Notes: generated by a model from the letters alone, not told the origin. A stretch of DNA of 64,000 nucleotides from Verrucomicrobiota bacterium (GCA_039815375.1 JBCBZJ010000010.1:39588-103587), one strand, 5' to 3'; positions 42,791 to 52,890 are shown, numbered from the stretch's first letter. Numbers and translations are program-made.

Positions 42791-43357
42791 CTACGCCAGA
42801 GCTCGGTCGATCAGGTCTTCAGCTACTTCAAGGGATGCCTCGATAGCCGCGAGCCCACTACCACTCTGTGCAAGAATAATAGAGCCCTCGAGCAAAAGCT
42901 GAAGTTCCAGAGCGAGTTTCTCAGGACCTTTCGCACCATATTCCGTGGCAATTTCAGCAATAAATGCGCGCATCCCGTCTTTGGCATCCTGAGCGATTTG
43001 TCCCAACGCGGTCGAACAACCAGCAAATTCGTTCAGTGTCTTAATAAAAATACAGCCATTAAAATTGGATTTACCAAACCAGGTGCGATAAACTTCAAAA
43101 CAAGCTAAAAGCCGGGCCTTTGCACCACCCTCAACTGCCAGTATTCTGGCTCGGGTGCTTTCCATCATCTCACTATGGTGCTTCAGGAGAACTTCTTTAA
43201 TCAAGCCTTCCTTGGAGCCAAAGTGTTTGTAGAGCGTCCGCTTTGTGACCTTCGACTCCTTGGCAATCAGATCCACACCAATACCATTGAAGCCGCTTCG
43301 CTCAAACAAGTCATTGGCAGTCTTGAGGATGGATTCACGTTTTTCGGAGTTTCTCAT
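42791..43357 (-). CDS. TetR-family transcriptional regulator
   Basis: N-terminal HTH TKRTLYKHFGSKEGL; GCIF motif. Confidence 0.92.
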   Translation of the reverse strand: MRNSEKRESILKTANDLFERSGFNGIGVDLIAKESKVTKRTLYKHFGSKEGLIKEVLLKHHSEMMESTRARILAVEGGAKARLLACFEVYRTWFGKSNFNGCIFIKTLNEFAGCSTALGQIAQDAKDGMRAFIAEIATEYGAKGPEKLALELQLLLEGSIILAQSGSGLAAIEASLEVAEDLIDRALA

Positions 43358-43459
43358 AAGGAAGAGATCATTGTTGTGCTTGTAAGAAAGACGGAACTAC
43401 CGGGTAGACGTTGGAAATTTTCTGGTTTGTGGAATAAGAGTGAAGAACTCCACTCTAAA

Positions 43460-43477
43460 GTATACAAATCTGTACAC
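43460..43477. promoter_or_regulatory. Candidate TetR operator GTATACAAATCTGTACAC
   Basis: 14 of 18 positions self-complementary; lies in the divergent promoter region next to tetR. Confidence 0.5.
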
Positions 43478-43522
43478 CACTAGGACTAAAGACATCAATC
43501 TGAAAATCAAATTAAACACAAA

Positions 43523-43701
43523 AATTTAAAGGAAGACCCGAAACAACATCGTCCACCTTCCGAAGACTCTCTGTAACTGTAGGCAAGATCGTCGATCGAA
43601 CCCTCTACCTGAACCTTGGTGACAAGATCCAGGAGTAGTGGGCAGCGGACATAGAGAGGAACTTCGAAAAGGAGAAAGCCAACTGGAACCAATTCAAATA
43701 A
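43523..43701 (+). pseudogene. Degraded remnant of a YHS-domain-type protein gene
   Basis: One frame reads VGKIVDRTLYLNLGDKIQE*WAADIERNFEKEKANWNQFK* (internal TAG 43636-43638), resembling the family C-terminus (KIVDGKLYLN...W...KADANW); no start codon. Confidence 0.55.
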
Positions 43702-43722
43702 CTAAACAGAAAGGAGACAATT

Positions 43723-44061
43723 ATGAGCCAAAAAACCCGCAATGTCGAAACCGTCACAGACTATAATATGCTTGTAAACCAGACCGAGAAACCAGTGGTG
43801 ATTGACTTCTGGGCGCCTTGGTGTGGTCCCTGCCAGGCCTTGGGACAAATTCTGGAAGTAGCTGCAAACCAGCTGGGAGACGAAGCCATCGTGGCTAAAG
43901 TCAACGTTGACGAACTACACGAACTTGCCCGGGAAAACAGCATTAGCTCCATTCCAACTCTCCTTTACTATGCTGGAGGCAAAATCCAGCATCGCGAGGG
44001 CGGGATACCGCAAGCCGAGGCAATTGTCTCTAAGGTTAACACCCTGAGCGCCACAGCCTAG
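43723..44061 (+). CDS. Thioredoxin-family protein
   Basis: IDFWAPWCGPC, SIPTL; Shine-Dalgarno AAGGAG upstream. Confidence 0.92.
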   Translation: MSQKTRNVETVTDYNMLVNQTEKPVVIDFWAPWCGPCQALGQILEVAANQLGDEAIVAKVNVDELHELARENSISSIPTLLYYAGGKIQHREGGIPQAEAIVSKVNTLSATA

Positions 44062-44086
44062 TTAAATTTAATAGTTGTGTCGTAGC

Positions 44087-44115
44087 AAAGTCCGCCGGTC
44101 TCGGCGGGCTTTTTT
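44087..44115 (+). terminator. Rho-independent terminator
   Basis: AAAGTCCGCCG-GTCT-CGGCGGGCTTT followed by T-tract after thioredoxin. Confidence 0.82.
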
Positions 44116-44144
44116 CATGCTATGAATGCCGACACAAAAAGACC

Positions 44145-46463
44145 TTAAATCGCAGGATGGCCTATTATCTCAGAATATTCGATCAGCGCATCTTGAATAT
44201 CCTTAGGCTTGAACGGCTTCGTCAAGTAGGCGTCCATGCCAGCCGCTAAACAGGCTTGGCGATCCTCCTCTGAAGCGGCAGCAGTCAATGCGATTATCCA
44301 CGGCCGGTCGAAACCATACCTCTCTTTAATCGATCTAGCAGCCTCAAGGCCATCCATAATAGGCATATGCACATCCAGTAGTATTACATCATACTTCTGT
44401 GTCTCCAAAGCATGGAGCACTTCTTTCCCATTGATGGCTGAGTCAGGCCGGTAGCCCATACGCTTCAATACGAAATTGGAGACTCTTAGATTTACGACGT
44501 TGTCGTCGGCCACAAGTATCTTCAATGGAATGCGTTCAGCGAGATCATCCGCGATTAGCTTCGGCGGGCCACCAGTCTTTTGCTGAATCGGCTCATTTGT
44601 TGAGAAATTTTCCAGAAAGGACTCCAGAAGAAGCGTAGGCCGCAAAGGCTTTGTAAAGGTATGGGAAAAATACTTTTCGAACGACTGATCCGAGATCGTC
44701 ATCGAAGTGAGCAGGATGAGGGGCACGGTCTGAGAGAATTTCTCACGAATTAGAGTCGCCAGGACCATACCGTTCATTTCCGGCATATGGTAATCCAAAA
44801 CCGCTATATCAAAGCTGAGCCCATTTTCCAAACCAGCGACAACCTTCTTTGGAGAATCAAAAATAGTCACCTCCATACCCCATGTGCGAACGACCTGAGC
44901 AAGAAGTTCCCGATTAATCTCATTATCATCTACAATCAAAACAGTCAGCCCCTTCAATTCGTCCTGTACGGCATTGACCGTGCGGTGAATCAAACTTGTG
45001 GAAGGGCGCGCAACAATCGTGAAGCTGAACACTGAACCTTTATCTACCTCACTTGCCACAGAGATGCTACCACCCATCAACTCGGAAAGAAGATGGCTAA
45101 TGGATAAACCCAGTCCTGTTCCGCCATATCTTCTTGTCGTAGAGCCATCCGCCTGAACGAAAGGCTCGAAGAGGTTGTTCTGCTTTTCCTGGGGTATACC
45201 AATCCCTGTATCCTTCACCCTGAATCTGATTCCAAGCCTGCGGCCTTCATTCAGTTCGGGAGCCAAATCGACATCAACCGTAACGTCTCCAGCTTCGGTG
45301 AACTTGACAGCGTTGCCAACAAGATTGACTAAGATCTGCCGCAGCCGACCACTATCCGCACGGATAAAATCGGGCACTTTTTCATCCATGCGGTAAGCCA
45401 AATTCAAGCCCTTCTGGCCCGCCTGCATACTAAAGAGTGAAAGCGCGGATTCAACCGTCTCACGCAAATCAAATACATGAGACTCCAGCATAAGTTTACC
45501 CGATTCGATCTTTGAGAAATCCAGAATGTCACTGATGATGACAAGAAGAGCGTCTGAGCTTTGGCGAATAGTCTCGGCGAACTCCCTTTGCTGCGCGGAG
45601 AGCTCCGTATCCAACAATAAGGTTGTCATCCCGACCGTCGCATTCATCGGCGTCCTGATCTCATGACTCATCGTGGCCAAAAATTCTGATTTCAAGCGGG
45701 TTGACTCGTTCGCCTCATGCAGGGCCGATTGGAGCTCCACATTCTGGTCCTCCACTCTCTTAGTTAAAGCATCACGCTGCTGGTTAGCTTCAAAGAGTTT
45801 TTCGAAATACATTCTAAGCTGCTTAATTGCAGGGTGAAAAATGAACATCGCCTCCAGCAGCAGGACAATAAGAACCAGACAAAGCATCCCTGTCTCATAG
45901 AGGACCTCGTCTGCATTTCTTCCTGTCGCCTCTTTATCATACTGGAAGACGATGCGGTTCATCATCGGGAGAAAGGTCTCTTCGGACGAAAGGAGTCGAT
46001 CAAAGAGAGGCTCTACTTCGCCATTTGATGCCGTTGCTCCTGATGCAAGCTCGAGAACCCGGTCCACCGCAGCAGTCAATTCCGAAAAACTTGCCCCGAT
46101 CAAGCGAAAGAGTTCCTGAACCTCAGGACTATTTTCACCCCCAAGTCCGATTGCTTCATCACGATTGAGCAATCCATGATGTGAATCTCCAAACGTTTTG
46201 TAGGCTTCTCTCAATGCCGCCTCGACAGCCGCATCGTCGAAAGCATTCTGTCGCAAAAGTAGGGCCAGCTTCGCAACTTGCTGGCTAAGCATGCGTTGGC
46301 GGCCAGCCACGTTGATAATCCGCGCATCGTTATAATGCATGGACATAATCGAAAGGGTCAGCGCGTAGGTACCTATAGACAGAAGCGCAACTAGACTCAG
46401 AGCCACAATATATCGAATCCTAAGGCTACGCGTCTGAATTTTGCTCTTTGGGCCAACGTGCAT
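44145..46463 (-). CDS. Hybrid histidine kinase with NarX/PilJ-type periplasmic sensor and two REC domains
   Basis: [40 protein letters not shown] and LLDVHMP. Confidence 0.92.
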   Translation of the reverse strand: MHVGPKSKIQTRSLRIRYIVALSLVALLSIGTYALTLSIMSMHYNDARIINVAGRQRMLSQQVAKLALLLRQNAFDDAAVEAALREAYKTFGDSHHGLLNRDEAIGLGGENSPEVQELFRLIGASFSELTAAVDRVLELASGATASNGEVEPLFDRLLSSEETFLPMMNRIVFQYDKEATGRNADEVLYETGMLCLVLIVLLLEAMFIFHPAIKQLRMYFEKLFEANQQRDALTKRVEDQNVELQSALHEANESTRLKSEFLATMSHEIRTPMNATVGMTTLLLDTELSAQQREFAETIRQSSDALLVIISDILDFSKIESGKLMLESHVFDLRETVESALSLFSMQAGQKGLNLAYRMDEKVPDFIRADSGRLRQILVNLVGNAVKFTEAGDVTVDVDLAPELNEGRRLGIRFRVKDTGIGIPQEKQNNLFEPFVQADGSTTRRYGGTGLGLSISHLLSELMGGSISVASEVDKGSVFSFTIVARPSTSLIHRTVNAVQDELKGLTVLIVDDNEINRELLAQVVRTWGMEVTIFDSPKKVVAGLENGLSFDIAVLDYHMPEMNGMVLATLIREKFSQTVPLILLTSMTISDQSFEKYFSHTFTKPLRPTLLLESFLENFSTNEPIQQKTGGPPKLIADDLAERIPLKILVADDNVVNLRVSNFVLKRMGYRPDSAINGKEVLHALETQKYDVILLDVHMPIMDGLEAARSIKERYGFDRPWIIALTAAASEEDRQACLAAGMDAYLTKPFKPKDIQDALIEYSEIIGHPAI

Positions 46464-46602
46464 AGGAATAGGCTGAGGAATTTACCCGATTTCTCTAGCT
46501 ATTTATTAGATTCTTTAATCTACCACTTCGTAAACACGTAATTTTACAAATTAATTACAAATTAAACCACAGGTAATCGATAGCCTGAGCTAACGATTTT
46601 TT

Positions 46603-47010
46603 CTAATCTTCGCTCAACCCGAATTCCTCGCGGAATAGCTTACAACTCAGCTTGAATTCCTGCGGGATTAATTTTGCACAGGCCTCGAAGTCCTCAAGAA
46701 GACCGCCATCAATCGCTATCTCGATGCCGCGGTAAAAAGCGCTCATCCGGGCCAAGCCCAAATTTCCCGCGCTGCCGGCAATAAAGTGGACGAGCTTACG
46801 AAGCGCTGCTGCATCACGATCGCGACAAACCTCCTCCAGTTCGGATAGCTTTTCCAGAGATTCACTCTCGTATAGCTCAAAAAGCTCTGCAGCCAACGCC
46901 GAGCCGTCGTCACCGCTATCAGCCATCAGCAACATGTCTATCTGATCTCGATCCATAACGGGGAGTGTCGTGTCATAAAAGACGTTTTCAATGACGGGCA
47001 ATTCAGACAT
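46603..47010 (-). CDS. Stand-alone Hpt-domain protein
   Basis: LVHFIAGSAGNLG phospho-His motif. Confidence 0.82.
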   Translation of the reverse strand: MSELPVIENVFYDTTLPVMDRDQIDMLLMADSGDDGSALAAELFELYESESLEKLSELEEVCRDRDAAALRKLVHFIAGSAGNLGLARMSAFYRGIEIAIDGGLLEDFEACAKLIPQEFKLSCKLFREEFGLSED

Positions 47011-47147
47011 TAGCGTTACGGTTATGGAAGATTTATGTCTTCCAGTTTCTTTCGTGGCAACAAAATGATCTTCTATTCCGGTAAAAACTACAAAGACTTT
47101 TTGATAACCGAAAGCTCGTTGCTATGATCAGGTCTCAGGATTCGATT

Positions 47148-48944
47148 TTAAGCCAAATCCCCCATGATTTGACGACGGAAGCGCTCGAGTGTGGCAAGCG
47201 CAACAGTCGAATCCCCGAGGCTTAAGACCTCATCGACCAGTGCCTTCGCATCAGCACTGTCGACCTTGCGTATGAAGTATTTCACTTCGGGGAGAATATT
47301 GGCGTTCATACTCAACGAGCTGGCACCCATCCCCAAAAGTAAGACCGCAAACACCGGGTCTCCGGCTATTTCGCCACAAATACTAACTGGCGTCTCTGCT
47401 TCACGCCCACCATCAATGATCGCTTTCAATGTTCGCAAGACAGCAGGGTGCGCAGGTTCATAGAGATGTGCGACACTGTCATTAAGGCGGTCAACCGCCA
47501 TCAGATACTGAATCAAATCGTTTGAACCAATGCTTAGGAAATCGCTCTCAGCAGCAATCAGATCAATGATCGTCGCGGCACTCGGCACTTCAACCATTGC
47601 CCCAACTTCAATGTCCTCATCGAAATCGATATTTTTCTCGCGCAGCTCCTCCTTTACTTGATCCAAAACTTCATTGGCACGGCGAAGTTCTCCAACGCCA
47701 CTGATCATGGGATACATTATCTTGATGTTACCCTTTACACTGGCACGGAGAATCGCGCGGAGTTGGGTCTTGAAAATATCCAGATTCTCGAGGCAGAAGC
47801 GTATGGCGCGAAAACCCATGAACGAGTTATCCTCTTTGACGTTCTCATCACCGATTGTCTTGTCCCCGCCGACATCCAAAGTTCGGATAATCACAGGGTT
47901 GTCTCCGGCAGCTTCGGCGACTGCTAAATATTCACCGTATTGAACAGCTTCACTAGGATATCCGTGATGTCGCAGAAAAATACCTTCCGTGCGAAAGAGA
48001 CCTACCCCGTCAGCGCGCATTTTGGCGACTTGCTCCATATCACGAGCGCCTTCGACATTCGCCATCATCGCCAGTGGAACCTTGTCTCGGGACTCACTGG
48101 GCTCCGTGATGGCCCTGATAATTATCTCATCACGCTTCTTACGCTCCGTTGCGAGTTGCCCGTAAGTGAAAAGCCGCTCCTCGGAGGGATTAATCACGAT
48201 GATCCCCTCATGTCCGTCGACTAAAATACGATCACCATTTTGGATCTTAGCCGTCGCATCGTGGGTGCCAACTACAGCCGGTATCCCGATAGAGCGGGCC
48301 ATGATCACCGAATGGCTCGTCTTTCCGCCGGCATCTGTAACAAAAGCCAGCATTTTATCACGATTCATATCTGCCGTTTCAGACGGTGAAATATCCTCGG
48401 AAACGACGATGCAGTCCTCGGCAAGGTCACCTAGAACTACTTTTTTTGTTCCAGTTAGGTTATGCAGAAGGCGTTTGGAAACATCACGGATATCAGCGAC
48501 ACGCTCCTTAAGATAATCGTCCTCCATTGAGCTGAAGAATGAAATATAGCGATCCGCGACTTTGTTGTAGCAGGACTCGATATTCGTCTTTGTTGTCTTC
48601 AACTCGGAAGTGACTTCATCCAGCAGCGCACTGTCTTCCAAAACAAGTAGATGTGCGTCAAAAATACGGGCTTCTCCCTCTCCAAGCGTTGCTGCGATTT
48701 TGTCCCGAACACCGGTGATCTCTGCTCGCGTTCTGAGAATCGCAGCATCAAAACGCGCCAGCTCATCTTCAATCGCCTCGTCCTTTACTTTGTAGCATGG
48801 GACATCCAGCTGCTTCTGTAGATAAACTAACGCCGTGCCGTGCGCCACTCCGGGTGAGGCGGCAATACCTTCAAGTATGGTCTCTCTGTTTGAAGCTTCG
48901 GCTGGCAATTGGACTACGGTAAATTGGAATGATCGAGAATACAC
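47148..48944 (-). CDS. ptsI: PEP-protein phosphotransferase (PTS enzyme I); start uncertain
   Basis: GIAASPG, GGKTSHSVIMAR, GVGLFRTE, RTLDVGGDK, SIGSNDLIQY, CGE. Confidence 0.93.
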   Translation of the reverse strand: MYSRSFQFTVVQLPAEASNRETILEGIAASPGVAHGTALVYLQKQLDVPCYKVKDEAIEDELARFDAAILRTRAEITGVRDKIAATLGEGEARIFDAHLLVLEDSALLDEVTSELKTTKTNIESCYNKVADRYISFFSSMEDDYLKERVADIRDVSKRLLHNLTGTKKVVLGDLAEDCIVVSEDISPSETADMNRDKMLAFVTDAGGKTSHSVIMARSIGIPAVVGTHDATAKIQNGDRILVDGHEGIIVINPSEERLFTYGQLATERKKRDEIIIRAITEPSESRDKVPLAMMANVEGARDMEQVAKMRADGVGLFRTEGIFLRHHGYPSEAVQYGEYLAVAEAAGDNPVIIRTLDVGGDKTIGDENVKEDNSFMGFRAIRFCLENLDIFKTQLRAILRASVKGNIKIMYPMISGVGELRRANEVLDQVKEELREKNIDFDEDIEVGAMVEVPSAATIIDLIAAESDFLSIGSNDLIQYLMAVDRLNDSVAHLYEPAHPAVLRTLKAIIDGGREAETPVSICGEIAGDPVFAVLLLGMGASSLSMNANILPEVKYFIRKVDSADAKALVDEVLSLGDSTVALATLERFRRQIMGDLA

Positions 48945-48974
48945 CGCCGTCTGGACGGAACGAGGATACTTCCT

Positions 48975-49874
48975 TCAGTAGACAGAAGTTTCAACCCAAA
49001 AGATGCCCTCACCCCAGCAATTGACGACTGTCTTAACGATTTCAGATACGCTAATGCCATTGTCAATCAAAGCAAAACAGCAGCTACCACTGCCGCTCAT
49101 CTGACAATTGACCCCTTTCTCCCGTAATTTCTCAAGCAGAACCGGGATCGCAGTAAATTTTCTGCCGACAGGGTTTTCGAACACATTATGTAACAAATCT
49201 CCGGCATCAAATACTGAAGAAAACCTCCTCATTCTGGCCATTGCTACCTCAAGCGATTCGTAATTGAATTCTGGATACGCCGCTAGTTGGCGGTAAGCCC
49301 AGACGGTCTCGACGCCAAAGTGCGGCTTAAAAAGCAGGAGCTTCTTGCCGGTTAAACGTTTAGCGCACTCTGCATCCAACGGCTCAACTACTTCACCGCG
49401 TCCGCGTATGAGAGCTGGGACCGAATCCACGAAAAAAGGGCAATCAGAGCCTAAAACTGCTGCCATCTCCGTCAATTCGGGCTTACTCAGTTTGGTTTTT
49501 GCAATACTATTTAAGGCCTGTAGCGCAGCAACCGCATCGCTGCTGCCCCCTCCCAGTCCAGCACCCAGAGGAATACGCTTTAACAAATGAAAATCAAAAT
49601 GCCCATTGTATCCGGTTGAATTACGAAAGACATCCGCAGCTTGGAGTATTAAGTTGGATGGATCGACCGGCACTTCAATCCCATCCACATGGAGAAGATC
49701 ATGATCTGCACCGTTCGCTCGAACTTTCAGAGTGTCTCCAAAATGGCAGGCGACCATGAGCGAAGTCAGCTCGTGAAACCCATCCCCACGCTTTCCGTGC
49801 ACGGACAACATGAGGTTGACCTTGGCTGGAGCTGTAATCTCGAGCCATTCACCTTCAATCTTCTGCTGATTCAT
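48975..49874 (-). CDS. ispE: 4-diphosphocytidyl-2-C-methyl-D-erythritol kinase
   Basis: APAKVNL, DGFHEL, KRIPLGAGLGGGSSDA, MSGSGS. Confidence 0.93.
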   Translation of the reverse strand: MNQQKIEGEWLEITAPAKVNLMLSVHGKRGDGFHELTSLMVACHFGDTLKVRANGADHDLLHVDGIEVPVDPSNLILQAADVFRNSTGYNGHFDFHLLKRIPLGAGLGGGSSDAVAALQALNSIAKTKLSKPELTEMAAVLGSDCPFFVDSVPALIRGRGEVVEPLDAECAKRLTGKKLLLFKPHFGVETVWAYRQLAAYPEFNYESLEVAMARMRRFSSVFDAGDLLHNVFENPVGRKFTAIPVLLEKLREKGVNCQMSGSGSCCFALIDNGISVSEIVKTVVNCWGEGIFWVETSVY

Positions 49875-49970
49875 CACCATCACATTAAAATTCCCTTCGA
49901 TTCAACACGCCACGAAAATTTCAACTTTTGCACTTTGCCATACGAGACATCGCACGCCTAACTTCACACC

Positions 49971-50672
49971 ATGCCTGACGAAAATAAGTGCCAGCTCATT
50001 CTTGCGCTCGATCTCGAAACCCGAGAAGAAGCCCTTGCCATGCTCGACCAGCTCGGCGGCTCCCTCAAGTGGGTTAAGATCGGACTCCAGCTATTTACTG
50101 CCTACGGTCCCGATTTCGTCCGTGAAGTCGCCGACAAAGGCTACCGGATTTTTCTCGACCTGAAGCTTCACGATATACCGAACACGGTCGCGAAGGCAGT
50201 TCAGAGTATAGCAGCATTGCCTGTCCAACTACTCACCCTTCACGCTAGCGGAGGTGCGGAAATGCTCGAATGGGCCAATAAATCGAGGACAGACCACGCA
50301 CCGGATCTCAAACTGCTCGCTGTCACAGTTCTCACGTCGATGAATCAGGAACAACTCCACTCCTTAAACATCAGGATGACACCGGAAGCTCAGGTTATGC
50401 ATCTTGCAAAAATTAGTTTAGATGCCGGAGTCCAGGGTTTGGTTTGCTCCTCATTGGAACTCTCACCACTTCGAGCCAGTTTTGGAAGCGAGCCACTGAT
50501 TGTGACCCCCGGCATCCGCCCAGCCGGCAGTTCGGCAGATGAACAAAAACGCATCATGACTCCGGCAGCAGCAGCCACAGCAGGATCCAGCCATATCGTG
50601 GTTGGTCGTCCCATTCTGAAAGCCGAAGATCCTGCGCAGGCGGCAAGGGCAATCCAGGCCGAGCTGATTTGA
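49971..50672 (+). CDS. pyrF: Orotidine-5'-phosphate decarboxylase
   Basis: FLDLKLHDIPNTV, VTPGIRP, VVGRPI. Confidence 0.95.
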   Translation: MPDENKCQLILALDLETREEALAMLDQLGGSLKWVKIGLQLFTAYGPDFVREVADKGYRIFLDLKLHDIPNTVAKAVQSIAALPVQLLTLHASGGAEMLEWANKSRTDHAPDLKLLAVTVLTSMNQEQLHSLNIRMTPEAQVMHLAKISLDAGVQGLVCSSLELSPLRASFGSEPLIVTPGIRPAGSSADEQKRIMTPAAAATAGSSHIVVGRPILKAEDPAQAARAIQAELI

Positions 50673-50680
50673 CCCTACCC

Positions 50681-51385
50681 ATGGTTCAGGAAACGAATTG
50701 TGCTCTACTTCTGGCCGCTGGCAGCGGCAGTCGTATGATGGGCAAAATTGACGACAAGATACTGTTCGAACTGAATCGCAAAGCCGTCTTCAGGTACTCG
50801 ATCGAAGCCTTCTCAAAAACTAAAGCAATCAGCCAGATTTGCATCGTCTATCGCGACGATACACAACGTAGAGCACTCCTGGCTCTGACGGAAAACATCG
50901 AAAATGTGGAGATTCTCTGGGCACAGGGAGGCTCCGAACGACAGGAATCCGTCCTCAACGGGCTTGAGACGCTACCGGAAAACACGGCTTACACATTGAT
51001 TCACGATTGCGCACGCCCTCTTGTATCCACGGACTCGATACATTTGGTGATCGAGGAAGTTCGCCGGAATGGAGCGGCTTGCCTTGCCCACCCCGTCATC
51101 GACACGATCAAACGCGTCCCATCGGCGACCGCAACAAGTCAGATAAAACTCGAAGACCTTGACCGCAAGCTGCTCTGGGCGATGGAAACACCACAGGCTT
51201 TTCAACATGCCGAAATCCTCCGCGCCTACCGGCAGATCCAGGCTCAGGGCATATCGATCACCGACGATGCAGGTGCAGCAGCGCATATTGGTATGGAAAT
51301 AACACTCGTGCCCAACCAAGCACCCAATCCGAAAATCACAACTGTCGCCGACCTGGATTATGTCGAGTGGCTGCTCAGCAAATGA
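50681..51385 (+). CDS. ispD: 2-C-methyl-D-erythritol 4-phosphate cytidylyltransferase
   Basis: LAAGSGSRM, GGSERQESV, HDCARP, ETPQAF, TDD, KITT. Confidence 0.9.
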   Translation: MVQETNCALLLAAGSGSRMMGKIDDKILFELNRKAVFRYSIEAFSKTKAISQICIVYRDDTQRRALLALTENIENVEILWAQGGSERQESVLNGLETLPENTAYTLIHDCARPLVSTDSIHLVIEEVRRNGAACLAHPVIDTIKRVPSATATSQIKLEDLDRKLLWAMETPQAFQHAEILRAYRQIQAQGISITDDAGAAAHIGMEITLVPNQAPNPKITTVADLDYVEWLLSK

Positions 51386-51795
51386 TACACACTGTTTCAA
51401 AGTTTCGCGTGCGCTACGCTGAAACCGACCGTATGGATATGGTTCACCATAGCAATTTTCTGGTTTGGTTCGAGGCGGCGAGAATCCACATGCTGGACGA
51501 AATCGGCATACCCTACACTGAAGTTGAAGCACGGGGTCTTTTCATCCCGGTTCTCGGCGTGTCACTCAACTACAAGCGGCCGGCGAAGTTTGATGACCGC
51601 ATCGAGGTCCATCTTTTTATGCATGAAAAACCAAGGGCCCGTTTCAAATTCGAATACGAGGTCCGTCGCGACGGCAATTTGTTGGCAACAGGCAACACAA
51701 CCCACGGGTTCATGGACCGAAATGGCAAAGGCATACGGCCGCCCGAGGAGTTTTTGAAACTCATCCAAAAGGCCTGGAGTGAAAGTGAAGGCTAG
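51382..51795 (+). CDS. YbgC-family acyl-CoA thioesterase
   Basis: RVRYAETDRMDMVHHSNFLVWFEAAR. Confidence 0.9.
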   Translation: MIHTVSKFRVRYAETDRMDMVHHSNFLVWFEAARIHMLDEIGIPYTEVEARGLFIPVLGVSLNYKRPAKFDDRIEVHLFMHEKPRARFKFEYEVRRDGNLLATGNTTHGFMDRNGKGIRPPEEFLKLIQKAWSESEG

Positions 51796-52346
51796 GGCCT
51801 TTTATCATATTTGCAGACAGATGCCTTGTAGCTCCGTGTCATGTGGCGGACAATCTCTGCGACACTGCGCCCTTCGGTCGTGATACATGTACCTGAATTC
51901 ATGTAAATCGGCCCACGTTCGGCGAGGAGCTGCCGCACACGCTCCTCCGGATTCTCTACATTAAGTAGCGGACGATTTTGATTCCGGCTTGTGCGCTCGA
52001 TAATGGTCTCTGGCGACGCAAACAGACAAATCACCACACCCTTACTCTTTAGCAAATCCGACATCCCGTCCTGCACGACGAGTCCGCCGCCGCAGGAAAT
52101 CACGCAACCTTCGTCAGGATGACCTTCGTCGATAAACTCACGCTCCATTTGCCTAAAGGCAGGCTCACCCTCACTGGCAAAAATCTCGGGGATTGTCTTC
52201 CCCATCCGCTGCTCAATCTGGTGATCAGAATCGATAAACTTGTAGCCAAGCTCATGCGCGACCTTCCGCCCGATAGCCGATTTTCCGACGCCCATGAAGC
52301 CCACTAGATACAGATTGGGCTTCGACTCTTTTCCTCTTTCACTCAC
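51792..52346 (-). CDS. aroK: Shikimate kinase
   Basis: LVGFMGVGKS, DSD, GEPAFR, SCGGG, RPLL; GTG at 52346 preferred start. Confidence 0.92.
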   Translation of the reverse strand: MSERGKESKPNLYLVGFMGVGKSAIGRKVAHELGYKFIDSDHQIEQRMGKTIPEIFASEGEPAFRQMEREFIDEGHPDEGCVISCGGGLVVQDGMSDLLKSKGVVICLFASPETIIERTSRNQNRPLLNVENPEERVRQLLAERGPIYMNSGTCITTEGRSVAEIVRHMTRSYKASVCKYDKRP

Positions 52347-52442
52347 CCTGCAAATACTGCAAGGCCTCAGTGCTTCTGCGCGATAAAAAAGTGAATTGCA
52401 TAACACTTGCAGGCATTCCAGCCTCAGAATATCTTTTAATAA

Positions 52443-52886
52443 ATGGATAATCAAGTCGTTCCAGTCGTCGTCAAAGGAGTCATGCCCACCTCAAACGGAT
52501 GTGCCGTTTTTCTGGGTAATGATGACAAGACCTTCGTGATCTATGTCGATCAGGGTATAGGCGAAGCAATTCAGCGCGCGGTCAGCGGAGAGCAGACAGA
52601 ACGCCCGCTCACGCACGACTTGATGCTCACCCTGCTCGATGGACTGGGAGCTGAGGTCGAACGGGTCATTATCAACGATGTTGAACAAGGAACTTTCTAT
52701 GCGCGGCTTATCGTTTCGATGGAAAATGAACTCGGTCATAAGATTGTTGAAATGGATGCCCGTCCAAGCGACTCGATTGTATTAGCACTCGCCTCAGGAA
52801 AACCACTCTACACCGCTCAGAATGTGCTCGATTCGGTCGATGATATGACGGAAATCCTCTCAAAAATTCTGCAGCAAGACAGTTGA
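52443..52886 (+). CDS. Bifunctional nuclease family protein (DUF151)
   Basis: RPLTHDL, FYARL, DARPSDSI. Confidence 0.88.
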   Translation: MDNQVVPVVVKGVMPTSNGCAVFLGNDDKTFVIYVDQGIGEAIQRAVSGEQTERPLTHDLMLTLLDGLGAEVERVIINDVEQGTFYARLIVSMENELGHKIVEMDARPSDSIVLALASGKPLYTAQNVLDSVDDMTEILSKILQQDS

Positions 52887-52890
52887 AAGA

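Noticed and set aside
42092..43108. 338-aa plus-strand ORF
   Set aside because: Antisense to glnS and tetR, with no recognisable domain.
43551..43675. Apparent multi-stem RNA (6S- or TPP-riboswitch-like, ACCC..ACCTGA) upstream of thioredoxin
   Set aside because: It lacks the TPP CUGAGA and GCGUAGG elements and the 6S architecture. A degraded protein-coding remnant explains the region better, though an Rfam scan has not been run.
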